DNA from: an uncultured delta proteobacterium
GTDB taxonomy: Bacteria > Myxococcota_A > Polyangia > Haliangiales > Haliangiaceae
Length of the DNA stretch: 64,000 bases
NCBI GenBank assembly: GCA_963848295.1
Contig: CAWKDB010000010.1
Span: 192,001 to 256,000 of the forward strand
Direction of reading: 5' to 3'
The notes below the pieces were generated by a model that saw nothing but the letters and a program-made list of their open reading frames with translations, was not told the DNA's origin and searched no databases. Below are positions 1 to 11,741 of the stretch, piece by piece. Both the position numbers and the translations under genes were made by a program. Each line of letters begins with the position of its first letter. Position 1 is the first letter of the stretch.

Positions 1-1
1 G

Positions 2-526
2 CTCGTCGGCGCGACGGCCTGGCACGTCAACATGCGACTCGACGCCTGGCTGCGGCCGCCGATGGAGCCGCTCCAACAGCTCGATCAGCTGGTCCAACGG
101 TCGCCGCTCGTGCCGACGCTGCTCGCCGTCGCGCTGCTCCCCGGCGTGTGCGAAGAGATCGTGTTTCGCGGCGTGATGGCTCGGTCGCTAGGACGCGCGA
201 TGCCGGTCATGGCCGCGGCGCTCGCCTCGGCCGCGGTGTTCTCGGCGTACCACCTGACGCTCGCCCAGGCCGCGCCGACGTTCACGATCGGCGTGATGCT
301 CGGCGTGATCGCGCAGCGGGCGGATTCCGCGGTGCCGACGATGCTCGCCCACATCGTCAACAATACGATCGCGATCGCGGAGTCGCGCGGGCTGCTCGGG
401 CGGGTCGATGCCGCGATCGCGGCGGCTCCCACTCTCGCGCTGATCATCGCGCTCGCCGTGCTCGTGCTCGCGATGGCGCTGGCTTGGCCAGTGTCGGCAA
501 GCTCGCGATCTCGGAGCCTGTCGTAA
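2..526 (+). CDS. CPBP (CAAX/Abi) family intramembrane metalloprotease, probably 5'-truncated by the window edge
   Basis: EEIVFRG, FSAYH and HIVNN motifs; hydrophobic helices; frame is open from position 2. Confidence 0.85.
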   Translation, partial: LVGATAWHVNMRLDAWLRPPMEPLQQLDQLVQRSPLVPTLLAVALLPGVCEEIVFRGVMARSLGRAMPVMAAALASAAVFSAYHLTLAQAAPTFTIGVMLGVIAQRADSAVPTMLAHIVNNTIAIAESRGLLGRVDAAIAAAPTLALIIALAVLVLAMALAWPVSASSRSRSLS

Positions 527-574
527 TCTGCACAACAACCGCCCGCCAGATGAAAGCGCTGCTACACTTCGGGC

Positions 575-1260
<686 letters not shown>

Positions 1261-1264
<4 letters not shown>

Positions 1265-2223
1265 CGCCGGCCGAGCATCTCGAACGCGAGCGCGAGCGCG
1301 CGCTGCATCGACACCGCGCGCGCGAGGCCTTTGCCCGCGATGTTGTAGGCGGTGCCGTGATCCGGCGACGTGCGGACGATCGGCAACCCGAGCGTGACGT
1401 TGACCGATTCGTCGAAGTCGATCAGCTTCACGGGGATCAAGCCCTGGTCGTGATACATCGCGATGACCGCATCGTAACGGCCGTGGAGATGATCGCGAAA
1501 CGCGGCGTCGGGCACGAGCGGGCCGGCGAGCTCCGCGTTACCGCACCCGCCGACCAGCGCGGGCGCGATGATCTCGGCGTCCTCGTCGCCGAGCAGGCCG
1601 TCCTCGCCGGCGTGCGGGTTGAGCCCGACGACGCCGATCCGCGGCGCCGGCCGGCCGAAGTCGCGCGAGAGACTCGCGACCACGAGCTCGATCACCCTGC
1701 GGATGCGTGCGGTCGACAGCTCGTTGACGACCTCGACGAGCGGGCGATGCACGGTCGCGAGCGCGACCTTGAGCTTGGGGCCGACGAAGAACATCGCGAC
1801 GTCCTTCGCCCCGAGCCGCTCGGCCAACATCTCGGTATGGCCGAGGAACGCGAAGCCGCCTCGCCGCGCCCACGTCTTCGAGATCGGCGCGGTGACGATC
1901 GCCGCGAGCTCGCCGCGAGCGGCCGCCGCGACCGCCGCCTCGAGATAGCCGACCTGGGCTGCGCCTGCACGCTCGTCGGGTGCACCTGCAACCGCCGCCT
2001 CGCCCGCCCCGTTGCCGATGACCTCGAGCGCCGGCAGCGTGACCCCGATCGCCCGCGCGCCGCGCTCGAGAGGTCCGCGATCGCCGAACACGACGATCCG
2101 CTCGCGCCACGGGGCGGTCAGTCCGGCGAGTGCGGCGGCGACGATCTCGGGGCCGATGCCAGCCGGATCGCCGAGCGTCACTCCAACGCGGCCACCGGAC
2201 GTGCTGTGTGCAACGACGCCCAT
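1261..2223 (-). CDS. pdxA: 4-hydroxythreonine-4-phosphate dehydrogenase
   Basis: GDPAGIGPE, GHTE, NPHAGE, AMYHDQG and RTSPDHGTA motifs; ATG 2223 follows a TACGGT box. Confidence 0.95.
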
Positions 2224-2276
2224 ACCCACACCGTACCACTCTTGCCGTCGGCGGCGATTCAGCCATCCTTAGGCAG

Positions 2277-3083
2277 ATGAGGCGACTCGCTCTGATCGCG
2301 CTCGCCGGTTGCGCAGGCGCCGAAGCGATGACGTTGCCTCCCGCGCCGGTCGCAGGACCCGCCGTCGTGATCCCCCACGTCGAGCTCGGGCTCAACCCGG
2401 GCGAGACGATGGCGTTCGACGTCAAGCTCGCCGGTATCCCGGCCGGCGAGGCGCGGCTCGCGGTCGGTCAGATCGGGACGTTCGACGGCCATCGCGCGAT
2501 CATCGTGCACTCGCGCGCCGAGACCACCGGGGCCGCCGCGATCATCAAGCACCTCATCGACGAAGCGACCACGACGATCGACGCCGACACCGGCCGGCCA
2601 CTGCAACTCGACACCCTCGTCGAGCTCGACGACAAGCGCACGACCGCGACCGCGAAGTTCACCGGCAGCGGGGCCGAGGTCACGTTCGCGCGGGATGGCG
2701 AGCCGGCTCACACCTATCGCGTCCAGTTCGGCACGACCGCCGCGCTCGACACGCACTCCGCGATGGCCGAGATCCGCAGTTGGAAGCCCGCCCCCGGGGC
2801 CTCGCGCTCGGTGTTCGTGATCGGCGGCCGCCGGCTGTGGCGGGTCGATGTCCACTTCATCGGGGACGAGCAGATCGGCTCGGTGCTCGGCAATCGCCGC
2901 GCCGTGCACTACGACGGTGCGTCGTATCGCGTGCGACCGAACCTCACGCCCGAGTCCGCCAAACCGGCGCGCACGTTTTCGGTGTGGCTGTCCGACGACG
3001 CCGATCGCGTGCCGCTCAAGGTCGTCGCACACACCGAGCTCGGAGACGTCGCGATGGATCTCACCGACTACGCGCGTCCCTAG
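2277..3083 (+). CDS. DUF3108-like secreted lipoprotein
   Basis: Lipobox-like LAGC; PGE(T)MAFDV N-terminus and C-terminal VWLSDDADRVPLKV. Confidence 0.7.
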   Translation: MRRLALIALAGCAGAEAMTLPPAPVAGPAVVIPHVELGLNPGETMAFDVKLAGIPAGEARLAVGQIGTFDGHRAIIVHSRAETTGAAAIIKHLIDEATTTIDADTGRPLQLDTLVELDDKRTTATAKFTGSGAEVTFARDGEPAHTYRVQFGTTAALDTHSAMAEIRSWKPAPGASRSVFVIGGRRLWRVDVHFIGDEQIGSVLGNRRAVHYDGASYRVRPNLTPESAKPARTFSVWLSDDADRVPLKVVAHTELGDVAMDLTDYARP

Positions 3084-3086
3084 TCA

Positions 3087-5009
3087 TCATCCCCGGCGGC
3101 GCGATTCTTTCGTGATCACGATCTCCGGCTCCGAATGCTCGTGGCGCGTCAGCGTGATCTCGGGCGAGCTCTCGTCCTCGACTTCGACCGGCGATGGCTT
3201 CGTCGGCGCGCGGTGCACGTTGTGGACGGCCGCCTCGGCGGCTTGTGCGGTCGCGTCGGCGGAGGCTTGCTTGAGCAGATCGATCTCCTCGGTGCTCGGC
3301 TCGTCCGCTTCCATCTCGACGAACTCTTCGATGTGAATCTCGGGGTCGCTCGTCGGAATCGCGACCGGCGGCTTCACCGGCTCGGCCGGCTTCGGGCGGA
3401 CGAGCGCCTGGCGGACCTCGGTCTTCGCGCTCTCGACCAGCGCCTTGTCCTCGGGCTTGGTCCCCGCGGACACCGGCTTGCGGTCGACCGTGATCTCGGT
3501 GAGCGCGCGATCGAGCGCGTCTTCGGCCGCGGCGCGCTCGGAGGCGGGCACGATCAGCTTGCCACTCGGCGGTGTCGTGCCGCGTGCATAGAATCGGTTC
3601 GCGCTCGGGCGCGCGGGCTCGGTCGAAGCGCGCTCCACCCGAGTGCGCGCGACCGGCGGCGGGATCGTCGCATCGTCGCCGCCGACCTTGGCGTGGCCGC
3701 CGGGGTCGGTGGGCCCGCGCGCATCGACGGGAACGGCAGCACTGCCGGATGGCAGTGCGGTGGGAACGACCGACTCCGCCGGCGGTACGATCGGCCCCGC
3801 GCCACGCCCGGGTCGCTTCGTGCCGAGCTCCGCCGCGAGCGCCCCGAGCAGCGCTTCACCGAGCTCGCTGTCGTCCTCGCACAGCTCGCCGAAATCGTCG
3901 GCGCGAATCGCGAGCAGGCGGAGCTCGCCGCGTGCGACTGCGAGGCCGTCTTTCTCGGGCAACGGTCGATCCGCGAGCAGGGCCTCGGGATAGATCACCG
4001 CGCCGGCTGACAGCGTGAACGCGTCCTGATCGACTTCACCCTCGACGATGACCCACGCGACGCGATCGCCGAGCGTCTGAGCCGGCACGCTCGCCCCCGC
4101 CGCATACTCTCGCGGCAAGGCGATCCGCAGCGCGCGTAACCGCTGCTGCGGCGACAGCTTCGCGTACAGCGGACACGACGCGATCACCGCCTCGTCCTTG
4201 CGCAGCGCCTCGACCGACCGTGCGGTCTCGCCCGCTTCGACGACGCGCACGACGAGCGCGGTCGCGTTGTCACCACCGCCGCGCGCGAGCGCGAGCTCGA
4301 CCAGCTTCTGCGCGCAACGCGCCGGGCTCGGCTGCTGAGTCAGGACCTCCCCGATCTCGTCTTCCTTGATGTATTCGGTGATGCCGTCGCTACACAACAG
4401 GAAGCGATCACCGTCGGCGATCGGCACCAGGAACGTCGACACTTTGCACTCGTGGCCGATGCCGAGCGCGTTGGTCAGCATGGACTTGAACCGCGAGCCT
4501 TCGCCTTCGGCGTCGACGTCGATCCCGGCCGCGAGCAGCCGCGCGAGCAACGTGTGGTCCTCGGTCAACTGCATCGCGATGCCGTCGCGCACGATGTACG
4601 CGCGCGAATCTCCGGCGTGAGCGAACACGATGTCGCCGCCCACCGCGATTGCACCGACGACGGTCGTGCCCATGCCGTGCTTCGTCTTGTCGGCGGTGGC
4701 TTCGTCGAGGATCGCCTGATGCGCCGCGATCACGCCATTTTGCACCGCCTGGATCAGCTGCTTCTTGGCATCCGGCGTGCCCTGCTCGAGCCAGCGGTCG
4801 ACGACCCCGAGCGTGTCCTCGCTCGCCCACTCGTCGCGAATCACGTCGACGGCGAGCGCGCTCGCCACTTCACCCGCGGCGTGGCCGCCCATCCCGTCGC
4901 ACACCAAAAAAATCGCGTGGTGGTGGTCGATGTAGTGCGAATCCTCGTTGTGATCCCGCACTTTGCCGACAGAGGTCTCGGCAGCTCCGACAATGGAGGC
5001 GCGTCCCAC
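3087..5009 (-). CDS. PP2C-family Ser/Thr protein phosphatase with degenerate cNMP-like domain and low-complexity tail
   Basis: RDHNED, VCDGMGGH, HAGDSRAY, LCSDG and GGDNAT motifs; start GTG 5009 inferred from TATTCT 7 nt upstream. Confidence 0.9.
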   Translation of the reverse strand: MGRASIVGAAETSVGKVRDHNEDSHYIDHHHAIFLVCDGMGGHAAGEVASALAVDVIRDEWASEDTLGVVDRWLEQGTPDAKKQLIQAVQNGVIAAHQAILDEATADKTKHGMGTTVVGAIAVGGDIVFAHAGDSRAYIVRDGIAMQLTEDHTLLARLLAAGIDVDAEGEGSRFKSMLTNALGIGHECKVSTFLVPIADGDRFLLCSDGITEYIKEDEIGEVLTQQPSPARCAQKLVELALARGGGDNATALVVRVVEAGETARSVEALRKDEAVIASCPLYAKLSPQQRLRALRIALPREYAAGASVPAQTLGDRVAWVIVEGEVDQDAFTLSAGAVIYPEALLADRPLPEKDGLAVARGELRLLAIRADDFGELCEDDSELGEALLGALAAELGTKRPGRGAGPIVPPAESVVPTALPSGSAAVPVDARGPTDPGGHAKVGGDDATIPPPVARTRVERASTEPARPSANRFYARGTTPPSGKLIVPASERAAAEDALDRALTEITVDRKPVSAGTKPEDKALVESAKTEVRQALVRPKPAEPVKPPVAIPTSDPEIHIEEFVEMEADEPSTEEIDLLKQASADATAQAAEAAVHNVHRAPTKPSPVEVEDESSPEITLTRHEHSEPEIVITKESRRRG

Positions 5010-5046
5010 CCCTTCGAGAATACATGAAACCCGTTCGGCGAAGCGG

Positions 5047-5724
5047 CTAAGCGCGTAGCTTGTACCCGACGTTACGCACCGTCTCCACGAGGTCGCCGAT
5101 CGCGCCGAGCTTGGAGCGCACCCGCCGCACGTGGATATCGACGGTGCGTGTCCCACCCGCGAACTGGTAGCCCCAGGCGCGCTCGAGCAGCGCGGCGCGC
5201 GTGAACACCCTTCCCCGGTGCTGCGCGAGGAACCGCAGCAGCTCGAACTCTTGATGGGTGAGGTCGATCCGGCGCCCGGCGACGCGCACCTCGTACCCTG
5301 CTACGTCGATCACGAGATCGCCGATCTTGAGCACTTCATCGGACCCGAAAGTGGCCGACCTCCAATCGAGCTGGCGGATCCGCGCATAGAGCTCGGCCGG
5401 CACCAGCGGCATCAGGACGAAGTCGTTGAAGCCGATCGAGAAGTCGAGCGCGGGTAGCCGAGCGACCGTCACCGCGACGAGGATCGGGGTCTCGACCAGC
5501 GGGCCGGAGTCGCGTAGCCGCTTGATCGTCTTGTTCGCGCGCTGGAGGTCATCGCCCGCTTCGACCACGACCACCGCCGGTGGCTGGGCGGCGAGCTGTT
5601 CGAGCGCGAGCCCGCCCAGGTCGAACCGACCGAGGCTCACCCGGCCACCCAGCTCCACGAGCAGGGTCGCCACAGAGCCAGGACCTACCTGCTCCGGATC
5701 GTGACAGATCACCACGGCGCGCAC
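5047..5724 (-). CDS. OmpR-family winged-helix regulator with atypical receiver (GlnR-like)
   Basis: LTHQEFELLRFLAQHRGRVFTR...GGTRTVDIHVRRVRSKLG...TVRNVGY; receiver lacks canonical acidic residues. Confidence 0.9.
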   Translation of the reverse strand: MRAVVICHDPEQVGPGSVATLLVELGGRVSLGRFDLGGLALEQLAAQPPAVVVVEAGDDLQRANKTIKRLRDSGPLVETPILVAVTVARLPALDFSIGFNDFVLMPLVPAELYARIRQLDWRSATFGSDEVLKIGDLVIDVAGYEVRVAGRRIDLTHQEFELLRFLAQHRGRVFTRAALLERAWGYQFAGGTRTVDIHVRRVRSKLGAIGDLVETVRNVGYKLRA

Positions 5725-5840
5725 GAGTTATGGGGATCACTCACGTTGTGCGCGTGCGTCAAGTCGTCGTCGCGCCTACCCGACATCAACGGCGCTTGCG
5801 GCTATTGCCTGCCCCCTGGAACATGTAAGAATTGAGCTGG

Positions 5841-7049
<1,209 letters not shown>

Positions 7050-7080
7050 CGGCCCGGTTCCCCAGCTGTGATCGCGCGAG

Positions 7081-7977
7081 CTACGGGCCGCCGGTCGTGC
7101 AAGCGAACGTGCTCGAGCCGGCGGGATACTTGTACATGCCGGTGAAGCACATCTCGTCGGTCGAGCTGTCGCCGAAGTTGATCGTCGCGCCGGTGTCGTT
7201 GACGTACGTGCACGTCGTCAGGATCGTGTCGCCCGCCGAGATCACGGTCCCGTCCATCGGGTAGTTCTTCTGCTCGGTGAACGAGTAGTCGGTGTCGAGC
7301 AACATGGTCGGGGTCCCGTCGTGGGTCACCTGGAACGACTGATGGGTCCCGATCTGATGCATGTGCGGCCATAGCGCGAACAGATGCCAGTCGGTCGGCG
7401 CGGTGCAGCCGCCCGAGGCGGTGTGCGGCTGGTCATCGGGCGGGACGCTGATGTTGAACGTGCCGGAGAACGTCATATCGGCTTCGTGCACGACGGTCGA
7501 CGAATCGACGGTGTGAATCTCGACGCCCGACGTGCCGGTCTCGGAGCTGTCGCTGACGTCGAACAAGTGCAGGTTCAAGTTGAGCCACGTACCGGCGGGG
7601 ATGTGGACCGCGATGCCCGTGGGGAACATCAGCGCGTCGGTATCGATGCCCGCGGCGAACACCATCTGGCCGTTCAGCGTGCCGGCGCCGGGATCGCAGT
7701 CGTAGTCGCCGGTCGCCGTATCGTTGGTGTCGATCGTCAGCACTTCGTGGTGGGTGCCGACTGGCGAGCTCGCCTGAAAGCCGTCGATCCAGTAGTCCTG
7801 TGTGGTCTGCATCCGCACGCAGCGATAGAGTTGGTCGTCGGGGTCGAGCGACCACGAGCGCGAGATCAGCGGCGTCCAGCCGGCGGCGTCTGGCGTGGCG
7901 CCGTCGGGATGCTCGTTCGTTCCGGGGCCCTTGCCGCATGCCGCGAGCAAAGCGAGAGCGGCGAACGCGGCTTTCAT
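7081..7977 (-). CDS. Lipoprotein with copper type II ascorbate-dependent monooxygenase (PHM/DBH-like) domains
   Basis: LAAC lipobox; THH, NLHL, PHMH and DEMC copper-ligand pattern. Confidence 0.75.
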   Translation of the reverse strand: MKAAFAALALLAACGKGPGTNEHPDGATPDAAGWTPLISRSWSLDPDDQLYRCVRMQTTQDYWIDGFQASSPVGTHHEVLTIDTNDTATGDYDCDPGAGTLNGQMVFAAGIDTDALMFPTGIAVHIPAGTWLNLNLHLFDVSDSSETGTSGVEIHTVDSSTVVHEADMTFSGTFNISVPPDDQPHTASGGCTAPTDWHLFALWPHMHQIGTHQSFQVTHDGTPTMLLDTDYSFTEQKNYPMDGTVISAGDTILTTCTYVNDTGATINFGDSSTDEMCFTGMYKYPAGSSTFACTTGGP

Positions 7978-8055
7978 CGCGGCCAGTATACGCGTGAGGT
8001 CGATGTCCGGCCCAGCTTTCGCGTCGTGAGCACACGCACACGGTATGCTCCGCCC

Positions 8056-8472
8056 GTGCCAGAGCTGCGCAACGTCATCGTGTTCACGATCGCAGCGGGG
8101 CGTTATGCCGTGGAGCTCCGCTGGGTGCGCGAGGTCGTCACGTTGGGCTTTGTCACCGAGGTCCCGACCGCGCCCGCTCCGCTCGGCGGCCTGTGCAACC
8201 TGCACGGCACGATCCTGCCGGTGCTCGACGTCGGCGTGCTGCTCGACCTGCCAGCAGGGCCACCAGCGCGCCAGGGCGACGGTGCGCTCGTACTCGAGAC
8301 CGACGGCATCACGTGTGCGCTGCGCGTCGACCAAGTCGATCACGTGGCATCGCTGGTCGAGGAGAGCGGCCAGGTGGTCGATGCGGATGGCCGGTCCCTC
8401 ACCCTGCTCGATCCGGCTCGCCTGCTCCGCCGCGCGCTAGAGCTCGTGGGCGCACCGGCCCAGGTGCCGTGA
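8056..8472 (+). CDS. cheW: CheW-like coupling protein
   Basis: YAVELRWVREVV, TEVPTAP, GLCNLHGTILPVLD, LRVDQV. Confidence 0.85.
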   Translation: MPELRNVIVFTIAAGRYAVELRWVREVVTLGFVTEVPTAPAPLGGLCNLHGTILPVLDVGVLLDLPAGPPARQGDGALVLETDGITCALRVDQVDHVASLVEESGQVVDADGRSLTLLDPARLLRRALELVGAPAQVP

Positions 8473-10685
8473 CCGAGGACCTCGACTTCGACCCGGACGA
8501 GCTGGCGATGCTGCGCCAGCTATTCCGCAGCGAAGCGCACGATGCGCTCGAAGCGGTGACGACGCGGGTGTTGAACGGCGGCTCGACGCGACCGAATGCC
8601 GATGGTTTTGGCGAGATGATGCGCGTCACCCACACGCTCAAGGGCGCGGCCGGCACGGTCGGGCTCAACGCGATGGTCGAGCTCGCGCACCGCCTGGAGA
8701 GTGCGTTCGCGTTGCTCGCCCGCGAATCGACGCCGTGGAGTGCCGCGTGTGGCGATGCGATCGTCGAGGTCACCGATGGGCTGCGCGGCTACCTCGATCA
8801 GCTCGCGGTCGACCCCGCCGGCGCCGACACCACCGCGGAACGCTTGCGCCGGCAGATCGCGCGGATCGTGCGCCCCAACGAGGCCGACGAGCCACGCGCG
8901 ACCGACTCGCTCGCGATGCCGACGATCACCGAGGCCGCCGACCCCGATCCGGCGCCCGAGCCGATCGTCTACGCGGTGATCGATCCGGTGTCCGACGCGG
9001 TCGCGGTGCCTGAAGTAAAGTCGTACCTGCGAGTCGGGCCGGAGCGGATCGACGCGCTGATGTCTTCGGCCGGCGAGCTGTTGTTCGACCGCACGCGGAT
9101 CGAGCGGCGCGTCCAGCTGTTGCGCACGCTCGCCCGCGATCTCGCGCGCACCCGCCAGAGCCTACGCGACGCGATCGGTGATCCGGGGACGCCGCCCCGG
9201 CGCGCGGCGCTGGTCGAGACCGAGGGCGAGCTCGCCGGCCAGGCGGCGCTATTGTCGCAAACCACCGCGGCGTTGCTCGACGAGATCGAGGCGCTGCGCC
9301 GGACGATCGGCGAGCTGCAGCGCGGGCTGACCCGGATCCGCATGGAGTCCGCGAAGAATCTGATGACCCACGCGGCGCGGACGCTGCGCGCGCTGCGTCG
9401 AGCGACCGGGGTGCGCGTCGAGCTGCGCACGTTCGGCGAGGACACCGAGTTCGACAAGGCGGTCGCCGAGCAGCTGTTCGATCCGATCACGCAGCTCCTG
9501 CGCAACGCCGTGGCCCACGGGCTCGAGACGCCCGAGGAACGGGTCGCCCGCGGCAAGTCCGAGACCGCAACCGTCACGATCCGCGCGCGCCAAGACGGCA
9601 ACCTGCTCGTGATCGAGATCGCCGACGACGGCCGCGGGGTCGATACGACGGTGCTGCGCGAGCGGCTGATCTCGACCGGCCGGTGGACCACCGCGCGCGC
9701 CCAGCTCGCGACCGACGCCGACGTGCTCGACGCGCTCGGCACCGGCGTCTCGGTGCGCGGCGACGCGGACGAGCTCGCCGGCCGCGGCATCGGCCTCGAT
9801 CTCGTGCGCCAGACGATCGCGCGGCTCGGCGGCGAGGTGAAGGTGACGTCGAGCCCCGGCCGTGGCACGACGTTCAGCCTGCGCCTGCCGGTCTCGACCT
9901 CGCTCGCGCAGGCGATGCTGTTCAAGGTCGGCGGCCAGGTCTACGCGATCCCCGCGGTCCACGTCATCGACAGCACGATCGTCGAGCCCGGCGTGACCAC
10001 GACGCTCGTCCGGCACGAGCAGGTCCCGGTGTTGCGGCTCGAGGCGCTGCTCGGTCATGCCGGCGATCCCGAGCGCAAGCCCGGTGTCGTCGTGACGTTC
10101 GCCGCCAAGACCCTGGTCTGCACGGTCGACAAGATCGTCGGGCCGCGCGAGATCATCATCAAGCCGCTCGGCCCGCTGCTCGCTCCGCTCACGATCTATG
10201 CGGCCGCGACGATCAGCGGCTCCGGCAAAGTCCAGCTGATCTTGGATCCGGCGCAGCTCGTCCGCCGCGCGTATCCCGATGCGCCCGACGGCTCGCTCGG
10301 CGAACAGATCTCCGCGCCGATGGTGCTCGCCGGCCGCGCCCTCGTGGTCGACGACTCGCGCGCGATTCGCGAGGCGATGACGTCGATGCTCGGGCGCGAA
10401 GGCTGGATCGTCGACGTCGCCGAGGACGGTGCGCGCGCTTTGCAGATGACGCGGCAGCTGCGCTACGACCTGGTCGTCACCGACCTCGAGATGCCGGAGC
10501 TCGGCGGCTTCGAGCTGATCTCGCACCTGCGCAAGGACGATCGGTTCAAGGCGACGCCGATCGTGATCATCACGTCACGTGCGAGCCCGGAGCATCGCCG
10601 GCGCGCCAAGGATCTCGGCGTGCGCGCGCTCGTCGCGAAGCCGATCACGCGGCGCAAGCTGCTCGAAGCGCTGACCGCGAAGTAG
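8469..10685 (+). CDS. cheA: Hybrid CheA histidine kinase (Hpt, HATPase, CheW, receiver)
   Basis: HTLKGAA, LLRNAVAHGLE, DDGRG, GRGIGLD, CheW-like domain, C-terminal receiver with DLEMP; GTGA overlap with cheW. Confidence 0.93.
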   Translation: MTEDLDFDPDELAMLRQLFRSEAHDALEAVTTRVLNGGSTRPNADGFGEMMRVTHTLKGAAGTVGLNAMVELAHRLESAFALLARESTPWSAACGDAIVEVTDGLRGYLDQLAVDPAGADTTAERLRRQIARIVRPNEADEPRATDSLAMPTITEAADPDPAPEPIVYAVIDPVSDAVAVPEVKSYLRVGPERIDALMSSAGELLFDRTRIERRVQLLRTLARDLARTRQSLRDAIGDPGTPPRRAALVETEGELAGQAALLSQTTAALLDEIEALRRTIGELQRGLTRIRMESAKNLMTHAARTLRALRRATGVRVELRTFGEDTEFDKAVAEQLFDPITQLLRNAVAHGLETPEERVARGKSETATVTIRARQDGNLLVIEIADDGRGVDTTVLRERLISTGRWTTARAQLATDADVLDALGTGVSVRGDADELAGRGIGLDLVRQTIARLGGEVKVTSSPGRGTTFSLRLPVSTSLAQAMLFKVGGQVYAIPAVHVIDSTIVEPGVTTTLVRHEQVPVLRLEALLGHAGDPERKPGVVVTFAAKTLVCTVDKIVGPREIIIKPLGPLLAPLTIYAAATISGSGKVQLILDPAQLVRRAYPDAPDGSLGEQISAPMVLAGRALVVDDSRAIREAMTSMLGREGWIVDVAEDGARALQMTRQLRYDLVVTDLEMPELGGFELISHLRKDDRFKATPIVIITSRASPEHRRRAKDLGVRALVAKPITRRKLLEALTAK

Positions 10686-10784
10686 CCGACAGCGCACGAC
10701 ATCGACGCGTGAGCGGATAAACACACCTGCTGTGAACGCGGCGTCGAGCTCGGCCTCGAGTGTCGATGGCACGCGGCGCGCGCG

Positions 10785-10801
10785 TTGGTTCGGGCGTTGC
10801 A
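10785..10801 (+). promoter_or_regulatory. Possible sigma54 (-24/-12) promoter
   Basis: TTGG-TTCGGGCGTT-GCA: GG-N10-GC with TTGCA, GC ending 15 nt before ATG 10815. Confidence 0.35.
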
Positions 10802-10814
10802 CGGCGTGCGGGCG

Positions 10815-11741
10815 ATGCGATTTCTCGTCGTCGTGATGGTCGCGGCGTGTTGGCACTCGCGCGTGCCCGATCCTGCCCGCTGGCAACGTCCGGCAGCCAT
10901 GGTCGACCTGCTGCCGTCGGGTGCCTGGTTGGTCGGCGGCATGGACTTCGATACGTCGGAATCGAAGCCGCAGCACGACAGCGAGGCGAAGGCCCGCGCA
11001 CATCCAGATTCGGTGCGCAACGCGACCGGCGGTTGTTCGATTCCAGCGGCCCATGCCGCGGTCGCGGTCTACGGCGACGACGACTTCGCGTTCGCGACCC
11101 GCGGCGTGTTCCAGCCGGCCGCGATGATCGCGTGCCTCGGGGACGTCGCGATCCACAACGGCGGCCGTACGAGCCACGACACGATCGAAGGCTACGACGT
11201 GCTCGTCACGAAAACGACTGGCGAGCCGACGCTGTACGCCGCGAGCGACAGCGGGATCTTGTTCATGGCGAACAAGGCGATCATGCAGCGATCCCTCGCT
11301 GTCGATCTGCAGGCAGCAACCAGCGACCCCGTGCTGGCACCGCTGATCGCCCGGGCGCGCGCCGGCGGTGAGGTCTGGGCAGCGGCTCGACTGGCGCGCG
11401 ACGCGTCGAGCATCCAGGAGGCGCTCCGCTTCATCGGCGTCAAGCTCGACGGCCACGTCATGACGTTGGTCGCGTGGATTCACATCATGGCGCCGTTCCA
11501 CATCGAGGTCGAGCTCAGCCTCGAGCGAGCCGGCGATGCGACCCGGCTCGCCGCCGCACTCGACCAGAAGCGGGTGCTGCTCGCCAAGCTCGACGCTCGG
11601 CTCGAGCCGATCGCGGACTCGCTGCACATCGAGGCCGACGGTACGCACGTCCACGTCGTCGGGAACCCGGAGCACGTCGAGTGGCTGCAGGCGTTCCAGG
11701 CGTTGCTCGCGACGATCGAGCTGATCAAAGCTGGGTCTTAG
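10815..11741 (+). CDS. Hypothetical lipoprotein
   Basis: MRFLVVVMVAAC signal/lipobox; coding-like codon usage. Confidence 0.7.
   Translation: MRFLVVVMVAACWHSRVPDPARWQRPAAMVDLLPSGAWLVGGMDFDTSESKPQHDSEAKARAHPDSVRNATGGCSIPAAHAAVAVYGDDDFAFATRGVFQPAAMIACLGDVAIHNGGRTSHDTIEGYDVLVTKTTGEPTLYAASDSGILFMANKAIMQRSLAVDLQAATSDPVLAPLIARARAGGEVWAAARLARDASSIQEALRFIGVKLDGHVMTLVAWIHIMAPFHIEVELSLERAGDATRLAAALDQKRVLLAKLDARLEPIADSLHIEADGTHVHVVGNPEHVEWLQAFQALLATIELIKAGS

Noticed and set aside
10767..10781. Second sigma54-like TGGCACG element
   Set aside because: The -12 half reads GCGC rather than TTGC; too weak at this GC content
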